Below, one piece after another: positions 44,390 to 58,007 of a stretch of 64,000 nucleotides of DNA (the stretch's first letter is position 1; each line of letters starts with the position of its first letter). Where the stretch lies: positions 248,001 to 312,000 of the forward strand of contig QPGO01000049.1 in NCBI GenBank assembly GCA_008632985.1, read 5' to 3'. The position numbers and the translations under genes were made by a program. The notes below the pieces were generated by a model. It ran no database searches, was not told the origin of the DNA, and was given only the letters and a program-made list of their open reading frames with translations. The DNA is from Psammoneis japonica. Taxonomy: Eukaryota.

Positions 44390-45870
44390 TTGTGGGTGGA
44401 GACACTGCAGAGCTGACAATTCCATGGAAATCTCAACCACTGTTGAAAGAAGCAATTGCCATTTTTGCCATCACCGCTGCTTCCAGCCAATGTTGTTTTT
44501 GTGGTCCTGATCTTCTGCCAGAACCTCTTCCACATCGGCCTGGTGAACCACCTTGCAATTTTGTGGTGAGAGATGGGATGATCATAGAAATGCTCGCACT
44601 CCTCTTCAATTCAATCATCCAAAACAATGTGAGTTTGCAGAAGGCTTTTGGATGTTGCCGATTCATTTGTGCACATCCGATGCAGCCGCACATCCCAAGC
44701 AACATCCCACAAGTGAACAATCAAACCAGATGCCCATCTCAGGCCCATGTTGCATTGCTCCAGACAGTCACAATGCTCCTGTTGAGCATGAGCCCACTCA
44801 ACAACCAGAAAGCCACAGGCAAAAAAACATTCTCCAACTGTCTGCTGTGCAAGAAAGATCTCTGTTGCAAGTTGGTGTTCTGACTGAGGTGTCAGTTGAG
44901 GGATCTTGTCATGCCATGATGCAAGCAGTTGAATGATGCCAAGCTTGATGTCAGGGTGAGTGTGGTGCTTTGTCAGCCACTCCTCCAGGCCTTCCAGTTT
45001 TGTCAACCACAGTTCTTGGGTGGCAAAAGACTTGCATCATAGAACATGACTCTCCTTGCATCTCAGACAAACTGGACTTTCTATTTTGTCCCATCTGTGA
45101 AGATTGTTCTTTGCAAGAACAAAACCGGTGAACCGCTTTGGTTGCCACAAGCAGCAGAAGGTGGGGCATCATTGCATTGCTTTTCCTGATGTGTTGTCCA
45201 GTTGATCTCAGCATGGGTTGGCTCTGCTTTGATTTTTTCTGTCCAGTGCTGAGAGGCGGAAGGTCCACAGATGTGATCTAGAAGTCATGGCTTGTCCCAC
45301 TGAGTCATTGGAGCTCCTTGCGGGGTCACTCCCAAAGCAAATGTTCCCATGTCAGGTGTGCTCAACAAAGCTTCTCAGCGTGTTTTTTCACTAACAAGTC
45401 CATTTCCATGTTCATCACTTCAAGACAGGTGAGTTGACTGAGATTTGCTTCCCGATTTTGGTGCCCTTTGATCTGTGCCAGTGAGACAATGATCAGAATC
45501 TCCTGAATCATGCGTGCTGATTGGACAAATTGGGTTGCAGTTGGACTGTCTGGTGTCATCACAGTTGTTGACAAAGCATGTGCTCAGCACAGAATTGCAG
45601 TCACATCCCAGGACAATTCCACCTCTTGTGATGTGCGCAGTGTCTTGCACAATTGTTGCAGCTTCTTCCAAAGAGTCCCACAAATGCCACCTGGCTCTCC
45701 CTGGTGTGCACTCTGGTCAATTTCTTGGCATGGTGTTTGATTTGCTTCTTGGCATCTGTGAGAGTGGCTCTCTGATGGGACAAACATCATTGCAGCTGTC
45801 ACCATCTTGTCCTCAAAGGAACCATCATCTGTGATGCTGACAGCCATGCTGTCTTGAATGCCCTTTGCCA
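44390..45870 (-). mobile_element. 3' fragment of an RNase H-containing diatom LINE (Ambal-like), degenerate
   Basis: AVSITDDGSF...DQSAHQGEPGGICG...GIVLGCDC RNase H-like; C-terminal AQQTVG...GFLVVEWAHAQQ...GLRWASGLIVHLWDVAWD. Confidence 0.7.
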
Positions 45871-45871
45871 G

Positions 45872-46300
45872 GGCCTTTGCAAACATGCAGGGTTATGCAG
45901 CATTTTTAACTTTTGCCACTCCAGGAAACAAGGCACAGCCAGACCCAAATGCCCAAGCATGAGTTCACTTCCTTCAACTTGCAGAACAGAACAAATTAAG
46001 AAAACAGGTTGAAATGGTGCACATTTCTGGGTTGGCCATTTTTGCAATGATGTTGTCCTGAGCAGTGAAGTGATTCTGATTCTCACTCAGAAAATTGAGA
46101 TCCACAAAATGCAAAATGGCAGCAACTGTTGCTGCTCTTTGATCTTGTTGCCACATCCATTGATGCGATTGTTGCAGTGTTGATGGTCTTCAATCTTTTG
46201 TGCTGTAAAATGCTGCTGCTTTCCTTGTCATGCATTGCAGTTCTTTTTCTTCTGGTGGTTCTGCCAGTGCAGCCTCGTGCAGATTCATTTCAAGAAGACA
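45872..46300 (+). pseudogene. Degenerate copy of TRM61 3' end, intergenic DNA and TM9SF 5' end
   Basis: ggaaacaaggcacagccagacccaaa and gcagttctttttcttctggtggtt shared with 36027-36460. Confidence 0.92.
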
Positions 46301-46589
46301 GTTCTGCATGTAGAAGACCCAGCACAGAAAGCCAAGACCCAAAGGCTGTCCAGCTCACATCAAGCCTTCAAGGTCCAAGCTCCCAACAGTTGTCACAACC
46401 CAAGTGAGGCAAGGCATTGCAACAGATGATTTTGTGCCAACCACTGCTGCTGAAGCTGATTGGATTGGCTTTGCATCAAGGTGCAAACCAGGCTGGGCTG
46501 TTTTGTGCCACCACTGGACCATGCCATTTTCCACCTCTTGGTGTTCATTGTGAAAGAGCACCAGCCAGATGATGCCCTTGTTGGCTCAG

Positions 46590-48200
46590 CTTTTGCTGAC
46601 ACACTTGGCAGGATCTTCTGCTGGTTGGGCAGCACCAGCATCAGATCTGTTGCTCATGCCATCTGACCAATTCATTTCATTGCAACACTTTTGCACTGAA
46701 ACATCCTTCTTGTGCTTTCTTTCTTTGAAAATTGCTTTGTGCTGATCAACAAACAGAATGACACAAAGGTCTTTTTTGGTGATCAACTTGTCCATCATGC
46801 CATTCTTTGCCACCATCTTTCTTGAAGCCTCTGGGTGCAAAATTCAGCATTTCCCTCCCTCTGCACTCTTTTTCTTTTTGGACTTGTCTTCATCAATGTG
46901 CCTTGTCTCTGCCACAGAAGATGCCAGCTGGAGACAGTTCTTGAGTCACTCCGGTGCCTTCTTGTCATTTGCAAAGCAACAGCGTGCCAAAATGTCACCC
47001 AGAAAGTTGAGTTTTTGCTCTGGAAGCTTCTGAGTGGCCCCAGTTGCACCAGCAAGCTCCACAATGTTTCAAGCATGAACATCAACAGAACTGGGTGCCA
47101 GAAGTTCTTGCCAAGTGCTTGTGATTTCCACGTGCATCAAGAGCAGTGCTGGGCATGAGCAGAGCTCATTTTGCTCTTTGACAACAACTTTGGATCTCTG
47201 CAAAAAAATTGGGTCATGTGAGCAAATGAAGCCTTGCCATGCAAGCCCAGCAGCTTCAATTGAAAATGGTGGAGACCATCTGTGATGTGGCCAGCTGACT
47301 TCAGGGCAGCTTCAATTTCTGTGTTTGCTTGTGAGGGCTGCTCCTTGTCACACTTTTTGGGCACCTCCCAGTCAAGGTGATCTGGGTTCTCTTTTGTGAG
47401 CTCACAGCAACCTTGCAAACTCTGGTGGTCCTTGAGGGGGATCTTGAATTTCTCTGGAAGGTTCTTGACACACTCAAGGGTGAACCTGCCATGGTTGTCA
47501 ATGGATTGAACCACAACCTTCTTGGCAGCTGGCAGAATCCCATGCCACCAAGATGGAAGAAGCAGGCACTTGTCAGTGACAGTCTCAGGCTTGGGTGCTT
47601 GTCCTGCCTCAGTGAGTGGATTTGTCTTTTTACACCACTCTGGAAAGGAAACCCTGGTGCTTGGACAAAGATTTGCTTTTTGGAACAAAGATTTCTAAGT
47701 CTCCTTGCTGGTGCCATGGCAACAACAGAGGCCTGCTGCTGGCACAAGACCTCGCTGATCATTGACGCACTTGGAGCACTTGACCAATCCTTCCTGAGAG
47801 AGGGTGTTGTTGCTCTTGGCAACAAACAAGCTGCACCCTTGCAAATTCAAGCTCTTTTGAACTTGTTGGTCATGTTGCCACTGCGCTGTGCACAGCATTT
47901 CACAATGTCCACCAAACCCATCAAGTGTTTCAAGAAACCACCGCTGTGGATTGTCACAAACAACTGGAAGACTTCTGTGTCCTTTGACAATGTTTTGGGC
48001 AATTGCATCCCATGCTTGCTTGGTCACAAAAGCACTTGGCATCATTGCAGTCATTGATCCTGGCTTTGCACTGTGTCTTGCAAGAAAATTGTCTGCAAAC
48101 CCCACCAATCATTGCTCACCAGCCAAGCACCATGCGGTTGGGCCCACACCACCACTGGCATTTCCTGCACAAACCATTGTGGCCATGCAAAAAGGGGCTC
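46590..48200 (-). mobile_element. Degenerate DDE (pogo/Tc5-like) transposase
   Basis: GSMTAMMPSAFVTKQAW...PQRWFLETLDGFGGH and FQKANLCPSTRVSFPEW, recognised from memory as DDE_1-like motifs; several frameshifts. Confidence 0.55.
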
Positions 48201-50824
48201 TTTTTGCCATGGCAGTTGAGACAGGGGAGATTGGAGTGGCTGCAGCAGCACCAAGTCTTGAAACAAAAGACTGTGCCCATGCCACAGAGCAGTTGGCTTG
48301 ATGACCAAATGTGAAGCCTCACATTCACTGCTTGGACACCTGGCCAAACAAAGAAGAATTTTGGAAGCAATTTTTTGGTCAGGATGTTGCATTTTGACTT
48401 GGCCTTTGGTGCGGGACCAACCAAATTGTTCACACACTGTGGGCCACTCATGTGTTGATTGTTGTCATGCAGTCTGTGATTTGAAGGATTGTGTGTGACA
48501 CAATGGCAAATTGGACAAGTCACATGCAGTTGATGCTCTTGTCTTTGGGAGACTTGGCAGGAAGAAGAGCACAAGCAAAGAAGTTGAAGATGTCAAGAAC
48601 AGCAAAAAATGGAAGAATGGCAACAAGCACATTCAAAGGTGGGCTTGTGACACATGCATCACTGCTGCAGGCACTGAGTCAAAGTCAGAGAAATTCCATC
48701 ATGTTGTCAAGCATTTTGGGAACATCGGTTCCAGAAGCACCCTTGTTGATGCTCTCTGCCTTGCTGGGACTTGCAAGCACAATGCAGGAATGAGAGAGCA
48801 TCTCCAAATCAATGGCATGCTGGCTGACAAGCATGCCAAGATTTTGCATTCCTTTTAAGGCACACCCACCTTTCTGAATCACAGTTGCCTTGGCTGCAAC
48901 AACAAGCTGGCAAAAAAGCTGGAGATCAACATCTGGTGAACAAGAATGTCACAGAGCTGGCACAAGAAAATGGAGAAAAAGCAACTTGAGCATTTGAGAG
49001 AGGAGCTCAAGTCAAGGAAGGTGCCAGACAACAGCACCCCCAAAAACATGTCATGAGACAGATGCATGTGCAACAACAAGTGTGGCACAAAACACCCATG
49101 TTAGACAGTGCCAACTTTGTTGAGAACTCACAGAAAAGAAAATCAAAGTCACAGCAACAGCCACCATCTGAGGAGCTGCGCACAAAAAATAAAACCTTTG
49201 AATTTGCAAGAGAAGGTGGCCTTGCCACAAAAACCACTGCCAGTGCCAACTGCACAGTGCCCCATTCCATGTTGCCTTCCAATTGCTGTCATTCCATTTT
49301 GGAACAGCTTGCCAACATTTTTGCCACCTTTCCAGATGCCGCCAAATCTGCAGCTGGATCTGAGCCAAAAATTCTGTTGTTTCTAAGCACCAGATTTTCA
49401 CCTTTCAAAAACAAACTTTCTGGGGCTGGCCACTCAAGGAAAAGTGCCACATGATGAGTGTTGTTCATCACCAAAGCAGCCTTCAAATGAAAATGCATCA
49501 TTGCAGTTGTGCTTCCATCCCACATTGCATCTGGAATTGGTGCCAAGACAGAAGATGGGAAACAGTGGGCAATGGCACTTGAACAAAACCAACCCTTGAA
49601 TCTTTTCATGTGCAATGGATTGATGTCCTCCATCTTCAATGCCACAAAAATGCAACAACAATTGAGCCACGCCCTCACTTCTGCCATTGCTGCACAAGTG
49701 CTGCACCCTTCTTCTCTCTTCCTTTCCCCAATTTCAGGAGCAATTCAAATGACACTGTTGGAGACATCATGGATCTGAAGCTGCAGTGGTGTCAGAAGAA
49801 TTTTGCTGCTGGGACTCCATCATTTGCTGTGCCAAAAGATGACAAGTCTGTGTCTCCACATTCTGTGCACTGTGAGACTGAGGGTGTCACAGTTTGTGTT
49901 GTGCAGTGGGAGCCAAACAGCATCAGCATTGAGTTGATGTGCATGGATTGTGGGGGCAGGCTTGTGTGCCAACAATTTAACATCAGAAGAGGCTGTTCAC
50001 TTGCTCCTGTTTTTGACATCAGAGGCACCACTGATTGGGCTTGCTCTGTGTGGTGCAAATGTGATGTGAGTGTGGATTGTTTTGCCTTGGCAATGCTGTG
50101 CAGCTCAAGCACTCTTTGCTGCTGAACCTGCAGACAGCCTGTCCAGTCAGTTGAAGGTGTGCCTCCACAAAAAAACAGCTTTCACATGACAAAGGCAACC
50201 ACATGCTGCACTGATCATGTGATTCAGCAACACAGAAATGGCCAGGCAACGTTGGTGTTCCTGCACCAAATGAGGGCTGCAGCCTGCAAGGACATGGAGA
50301 TGTCCTGTCATTCACAACCAATTGCAGAATCTAAGTCAACGCAGGCACTTTCCAAGTTTGAAGATTGGGTTGAACAACACATGGGCCAATGCCATCTCAG
50401 ATGAGATGTGTCACACATTCTCTTAGAGATGCAATTGGTTGTGAGAAGCACAAGTGATGCAAGTGACTGTGCCTTCATCAGTTGAACAAGAACTGCTCTA
50501 AAACTGAAGCAACTGGGCTGTTCATGGTGGGGGTTGTGACTGGTGAGATTGGCTCTGCTGTTTGTGTTCCATCCTTGGAAACCAAGGGCTGTGCCCACAC
50601 AGCAGAACAATTGGAAAAACAGCCAAATGTGCATCTGAAAGTTCATTTCTTGGATGCTTGATCAAATGACAAATTGTTCTAGAAGGAAATGTTTGACTGT
50701 GATGTGAGTTGTCATCTCAAACCATGGCACCAGATGAGCTGCATCACTTGGACATTGCAGAAGACACATGCTGAGACTTTGGAAGGCAGTTTCAGACTTG
50801 AAGCTTGCTGTGCATTGTGGCAAG

Positions 50825-50993
50825 TGTCAGACATCCGAGATGGGGAGTGCACTCCCTTGTGTCGGACAGACTGGCACAGACAGCATGGAGAGATCCGATG
50901 ATCTCTCCTTTGCTCACTTTCTTTCTCATCTAGTGCACGATTGTCATCTGTCCCAGACATCCGTTAGATTGTCCCGATGCCACTAGTCCGCAA
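50825..50993 (+). repeat. 5' LTR
   Basis: 161 of 169 positions identical to the 3' LTR by manual alignment. Confidence 0.95.
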
Positions 50994-51195
50994 GGTTGTG
51001 AGCAGCAGTGTGCTGTTCCTCTTCCTCTGTGCTCCTCCACTGCAACGCCTGTTGTGTGATTTGGCGACTTTTTCTTCGTTGAAATCGTCATCATTGTCAC
51101 AGCTGTTTTTTCACCTCTCGATTTGTGATCAAACGACCACCGTAGAACACATGCCAGAGCTCTACGTGGGAATTTGATTTTTTTCCCGCGCAACC

Positions 51196-54100
51196 ATGGT
51201 GAACAAAAATCAAAACGTCGTCGATTTGACCAAGATCAAGACGATGCAGGTTGAATTCAGCCCACACAATCGCGTGCCCGATGCCCACATTTTCCTGAGT
51301 GCTCTTTGTTTGGACGAGATCCCTGCTCCTGAAGATCTTTTGGATGAATTTGCCCCTCAAGGCCTCAAGAGCGACGCTGTTGCTGTCCTCCGACATGAGA
51401 TCGTTCAGAATCTCATCATCCCTGAAGCTCTCCAGACTGAGGATCTTGCATGAATTGGACCCATCATTGAGAAGGCTCCTCTCTTTGTGGCTGCTCCTCA
51501 AGGCCCCCCGGTTCGTCTGAACCTTGGCACTCTTCAGAAGACTGTGATCAAGGCAATTTCAGAGAATGACGATGCCATGCATCTGTGTGTTGGGACTCTG
51601 CATTTCCATTTCAGCCCTCGTTTTCGACATCATGATTGCTGGGATGATGTCTCCGATGGTCCGTGTCCGGATCCACCGACCACTTCGAGTTCTGCATCTG
51701 CACCAGTTGCTGCCACAGGTCCCACTCCCGAAGACTTTGCTGAGGCCCCAGCTTCTCACTCACCTGGTCCAAAACAGTTTGAGCAAGCTGTCACAAACGC
51801 GTTGAAGAACTCTGCTCCCAAGGTGTCGTCTCCTGCACTGTCCACCATGACCACTGCTGGCATGGCTTCTTCATCGACTGCTGCTGGTGCCACACACACC
51901 TTTAATCTGAAAGGACTTCCAAAGGATGTGCTGGCCCGCCATCAGTGCAAGGAAGCTGGGAAAGTGGCACTTGGCAAATCCCTGGTGCCCTGCAAGTCTG
52001 GAAACCTTCATTGCGAGGATGGTGCTGAGCGTCTCATCCTTGCTGATGGTTCACTCTTTGTTCATTGCACTGACTGGGACGCGAAATCATTCCTTCGCGA
52101 TCCTCTCACTTGTGATGACATCTCTCCTCAAGGAATCCGTGCATGGCACATTGCTGCAACCCAACAAGCCTCGGCTTGTGGTGCACACATGCATCCTCTG
52201 TGGTGTTTTATCAAGGATGGTGGAAATTGGGGTTTCACTTGTGGCAATGATCCCACCGATGATCCACCTCTCCGGATGACGGCAGCACTTGACCAAATGA
52301 AACTGACCATCTTCCAGTGCATTCAGAAAGTTGGAATTTTTCCGGCAGACTCCAAGCACCCTGACATCGTTCGCCAATGTCATGGTGATGGACATGCAGC
52401 TGTAAGATGATTCTCTTTGATGTCCTGCCGATTTGGACGAAGCGTCCATGTGAGTTGATCAAGAGCCACCCGCACCAAAACAACCTCATGGTCCTTGGCT
52501 GTTGTGCTCCATTCAGAGACTGCCTTCAGCTGCAAGCTGTCATCTCCAATGTTGATGCATCTCTTGATGACCCTGGTGAGCTTGACATTTTTCTCAGCAA
52601 TGCCCACTGTGGCGAGTGCCTTCACCGTAAAACAGTGGATGCCCAGGAAGACAAGACCCAACAACACAAGTTCACCCAGAAGAAGATTGTTGAAACTGTT
52701 GGTGCGATTCTCAAGGAACCGGGTGGTCCAGCTCTACTTGTCAAGGACCCTCCCAAATGTCCTCCACGTCGTCTTCACACTTCGCCTCCTCCTCCTCTTG
52801 CAGCTCCTGTCCGCGGTCTTGAATTGCTTCCCCAGGATGAAGTTTCTACTCCGCCTCCAGCGATTGAAGAGTCTCCCAAGGAATCTGCCTCTCCTCCTGC
52901 GGAAGAACCTACGGAAACTGTGGAATGCTTTGTAAATGAACTTGCTGCTGTGGATGTTCCTCCAGATGATGATGCACAAGCCCTCCATGGTGTCCACAAG
53001 GCCTGCATCCATGGGATCAAGTCCTCGCCTGCCACTGCACAGAACCGTCCATGTGTTGTTTGTGGCAATGACCACTTGTTCCACGAGTGTCCTGTGTTGA
53101 ACAATGCTGAGTGCCTGCACACCCATCTCATTTGGTTCTCCCAGTTTCTTCAACGTGACCAGCGTGCTCGTGATGCACTTCAGTCTGGCACGGCCAAGAA
53201 GGATTTTTCCTGGGGCCATTGTCATGTTCGGACAAACAATGCTGCCCATTCTCCTCCAATCCGAAAACTCCTGCAAGCGGGGTAACTGTGAAAGAGGGTC
53301 AAAATGACTTGTTGCCTTCCGCTGATCCTCCTCTTTCACCTGTCTCATTTGCTGCCCTTCTTTCGAGCTCGACGAAGGCTGGTGCTCCTGATCCCAAGAC
53401 GATTCCTGATGATGACCCTGGTGATCACAATCAGGGGAGGGAATTCGATCCTCCTACATTGGACACTGATGCTCCATTGTCCACTGATCAAGACCAAGCA
53501 TTTGAGTGTCTTGACATGACTGACACCCAGCATTTGTCGCCTCTCAGTGCCGTGCGCATCTCCCCAATTTTTTCTCCCCCGGAGTCACCTGTGACCTTTG
53601 CATCCTTGACCACCCCAGTCGTTCCCATCAATCATGTGCTTCGTGATTCAATGATGTGTCGTGCACAGATTGATGCTGGTGCTTGGGTGTCCTGTGCAGG
53701 GGACAAGAACCTCCTCCACGCACGTGCTCCTTTTGGACCGGATGACCCATGCCCTTTGAAGATGCTTCCGGCTGCTGAAGGCTCTGGTGCGGTTCCTCAT
53801 GGCTTTGGATGCCCACAGGTGCCTGCAGACAACCCCGAAGGCTTTCTTCTCGTACGCACTTTTTACCATCCCAGTCCACGATCCACTTTGATTGATGAAC
53901 GTGATTTTGCGCGGGCTTCTGGTTTCAAATCTCAGTCCATTTGATCCGAGCTCCTTGAGAAGACATGCGCCGATGGCACTTGCACTTACACTGCTTCCAC
54001 TGACACACAAGCAGCAGTTGTCCATGGCACACTTCGACATGGCAAGGCATTCACACAACCCCTGATTCCTCCGTCTCCATCTGGTGTCCCCTCGACACCG

Positions 54101-57100
54101 ACGACCCCTGACTTGTCCTTGGTTGACGACGTCAATGATGCATGTCAATGTGCAGCATTTTTTATCAACGTCCAACAAGGTCCATCTGATCCCTTGCTGA
54201 TGGATGCTGAGCTGTTTTCGGTGCAGTGTGACTCGGCTCCGTTGTCCACCCTGCTCCTGTCTGCTCTCTCAAGGTTGAGACTGAACGTCTTCTGTGGCAT
54301 CAACGCCTTGGACACCCCAGTGATCGCCACTTGTGCAATGCTCACAAGTGCATCAAGGGTGTCCCCAAGTTCCGTCATGCTGGTCCCGTCCTTGACATGT
54401 GCCCTGCGTGCATCCAAGCCAAGCAAGTCAAGACTCCTGCTGGACCGAACACGACTTGGAAGGCGACCCAACCATGCCAAGGTCTCACTGTCGATTTTGC
54501 TTTTGCTGGCCAGACTTCCAAGAATGAAGCCCGCAAGGTTGATCATCTTGGACACAATGGTGAAACATGTTGGATCACTGTCTGTGATCATCACACGCGG
54601 ATGCTCCATGGTGTAGCGAGGGTTTCAAAGGCCAGTCCTCTCAAGTGGCTTCGCCGATTCTTGGATCGACATTCACTGAATTGTCGTGACAAACATGCAC
54701 TTGTGGACCACAGTGGGGAATCATACAAAACCCCAAAGTTCGTGACCTCTTTGAACGAGAATTCCAGTGTGACATCTGTCCTTCTGGCGCTGGCGCATCC
54801 AACCAATGTGGGCCTGTTGAATGCTCACATTTGACTGTTGAGAACGCGATTCATGCGATTTTAATTGGCGCCAACCTCCCGATCCGATTCTGGCCCTGTG
54901 CATTTTATCACTGCCTCCGTGTCAAGAATGCCACTCCTGCAAAAGATCAAGATGCGGCACCTGTCACTCTTGCTGCCAGAAAGGTCAAAGATTTTACTGC
55001 TCTGAAGACTTTCGGATGTCGAGTGTGGTCCAAACGGTCCACTGCTCGTTCTGCTGCCTTCCGGGCCAATTCCAAGAAGGGTGTCTTCCTTGGTTACCTT
55101 CCCAACACCCTCAAGAATGTCATGTGGTGGGATCCTGAGACTGATGAAGTCAAGACAGCCAAGCATGTGCGCTACGATGAAGGTGTGAATGACCCACTTT
55201 TGGATCAACTTCCTCCCAATGCTGTCCATTTGCAGCATGTGGAAAATGGTCAGCCTTTTCCAGCTGAAACACAGGACACCACCATTCCCATGTTTGCGTC
55301 TTCGTTGAATCCGTTTGCTGCGACCATTGCATGCACCATGAAACGTCCTCCAAAGGACCCTGCTTGTGGTTTTGGATTTTCTCAGTGTGCGCTAATGGAC
55401 CGTGTCCATGTGTCGGAAATCAAGCAGCGCAGTCCTGCGGCTTCATTGTTTTCTTCCCTCCGTGCTGCTCGCAACAAGATTGTGGGTGCATGTGTTGTCT
55501 CTGTCAACAAGCGTGAAGTCTTTACTCCTTCGGATGCTGAAGAGGCCTCATATCAGGTCTTTCATGATAAAATTCCGACTTTCGAGATTGCTTTTGCACC
55601 GGAACGACGATTGGATTCTCGCACTCTTAACAAGGCATTTGAGGAAGCGGAGTTGTTTGAGCCGGACACTGTGGAGGACGACTCTCATGTTCCTGAACTT
55701 GCTTTGGAGGATGTGCGATCTGTTGTGGCTCTTCTCTGTCCCGATGATGATTTTTTGGATGAGGCCATTCCTGCAGATGCATTTTATGCACATCTCAATG
55801 CGATTAGCTCTCGCTCACTCACTCCGGAGGAAGCTGCTCTTGACCGTCTCACCCGTGCCAAGCTTCGTAAACTTGACACATGGCCTGAATGGGAAGAAGG
55901 CGAGCAGCGTCAACTGGACCAATTTCATGCCCTGGGTGTGTGTGGTCCTCCACAACCATGTCCCCCTGGCGCGAATGTCATGCGTCCGCATTGGGATTGC
56001 ATGGCAAAGCCGGATGGCCAACGTCGCTCCCGACAATGTGGTGATGGTTCCAAGTCGGCAATGCCGGCCTTGCATGAGTTGACTTCCACCTGTTCGTTGT
56101 GTGTGGAACGTTCCATCAAAAAGATGTTTTTCGCTCTCAGTGCGGCCATGTCGCATCTTGTCTTTGGCGGTGATGCACGGGATGCCTGCACTCATTCTCC
56201 TGGCCCATCCCAACTGGTTTTTGTTGCTGTTGATGATGCACATGCCGCCTGGTGTGAAAAACGATTTGGCAAGAAAGCACCCCGCCACTGTGTTCTCCCG
56301 CTCAAGTGTGCTCTTCAAGGCCATCCTGAAGCTGGTGTCCTCTGGGAGAAGCACATCAATTCGATTCTCATGGGTGCGAAACTTCTTTTCCGTAACACTG
56401 CTCATGATGAGTGCATCTGTTCCGGTGAATGTGATGGTGTCAAGGTCCTCCTCCTTCGTCAGGTCAATGATTTTGCTCTTGCTTGTCCATCTGAAAAGAT
56501 TGCAAAAGAGATCTACGACCACATTGGCAGGGCTCTCCAGATGGAGAATGAGGGTGCTCCTCCCTTCAAGCATTTGGGCTTGGTTGCTGAATTCAATGGC
56601 ATTGATGTCATTCAAAATGACGACTCAATCACTGTCAACGTTGCCAGCTACCTTGACCGTGTTTTCAAGACCCATGGTTGGGACACTCCCGCTGCACATG
56701 AGTCTGATTCTGATTTCAAGGCCACACCTGTTCCGGTTGATTGTGTTCCTGATCTGCACACTGCTGAAGGTCCTGAAGAGGGCACACCCGAGTGTGACAC
56801 TCTTGCTGAGTCCCAAGGATTCTCGCATCGTTCTGTCTTGGGTGAACTGGTCTTTGCCCACTCCTGTTGTCGTTTGGATGTTGGATGTCCTGTTGTCACC
56901 TTGTCCAAGTTTTCCAAGGCACCGGCTGAGCTCCACCATGATTCACTCAAGCGTGTGGCCAAGTGTTTGCGCCGTGCCAAACATTGGGGACTGACCTGCA
57001 AGAAGTCTAAACGCGATCCCGGCCTGCCTCCTCACGATTTTGAATGGCTTGAGGATGACCCATCTCTCCCGGATTTTCCTCGTGCTGTTGACCTTTTCCA

Positions 57101-57568
57101 ACTTCTTGGATTCATTGATGTGGCACATGGCAATGAACTGTGGCGTCGCCGTTCTGCTGCTGGCTGTGCGCATGTCCTTGCTGGTGCTGCGATTGACTGT
57201 CGATGCCGCACGCAAACGATCACCGCTGCTGGTTCCACAGAAGCTGAGTTCCTTGCGGCTGTAACTGCTGCAAAACAGACCCTGCACCTCGCATGGTTCT
57301 GGAAGAATTGGGTTTTCCCCAATGTGGCCCCACTCCCTTGCACATTGACGACTCCTCTGCCATCCAGATGATCAACAACAAGGTGCCTACGGAGCAATCT
57401 CGTCATGTTGACACTCAACATTTTGCTGTCCAAGACTGGCGTGACGTGGGCAAGATTGTCACTCAACATGTCCCGGGTGTCATTGACCCTGCTGATGCAC
57501 TGACCAAGGCCGTGGGTTGGATGCTCCACGCCCGCCATGCCCGCCGCTTGTTGGGACACTGCCGTTGA
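51196..57568 (+). pseudogene. gag-pol of the copia element, broken by frameshifts and stops
   Basis: CVVCGNDHLFHEC knuckle; QIDAGA protease; LWHQRLGHP; QGLTVDF integrase; ALQGHPEAG and RQVNDF RT; STEAEFLAA and PADALTK RNase H. Confidence 0.93.
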
Positions 57569-57709
57569 TTGTTGTCGGGTTTGTTGTGGATTGAGTCTTG
57601 GGTGTGTCTCTGTTTTATTTGTTTTGTTCTTTGCCATTCTGGTCCTCTCTTTTCACTCGGATCGTCTCTTTCTTTCTTGTTGAGCATTGCATTGCTCATC
57701 AGGGGAGGG

Positions 57710-57878
57710 TGTCAGACATCCGAGATGGGGAGCACACTCCCTTGTGTCGGACAGACTAGCACAGACAGCATGGAGAGATCCGATGATCTCTCCTTTGCTC
57801 ACTTTCTTTCTCATCTAGTGCACGATTGTCATCTGTCCCAGATGTCCGTTAGATTGTCCCGATGCCACCAGTCTGTAA
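57710..57878 (+). repeat. 3' LTR
   Basis: Follows the polypurine tract and is followed by the target-site duplication. Confidence 0.95.
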
Positions 57879-58007
57879 GCAAGGAGCTCAACAAAGCAAG
57901 AGCAGTTGGGGCATTGCCTCTGACAAGCTGAGCAGGAAGCAGCACAGCACCAAAGAGATCCAACAGTTCAAGGAGAGCAAGCTGTGGAAGAATCATCATG
58001 CTCCTGA

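Larger units (their letters stand above)
50825..57878 (+). mobile_element. Complete but inactivated Ty1/copia (CoDi-type) LTR retrotransposon
   Basis: 169-bp LTRs; GCAAG target-site duplication at 50820-50824 and 57879-57883; PBS-like GGTTGTGAGC at 50994; polypurine tract AGGGGAGGG at 57701-57709; gag, protease, integrase, RT, RNase H order. Confidence 0.96.
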
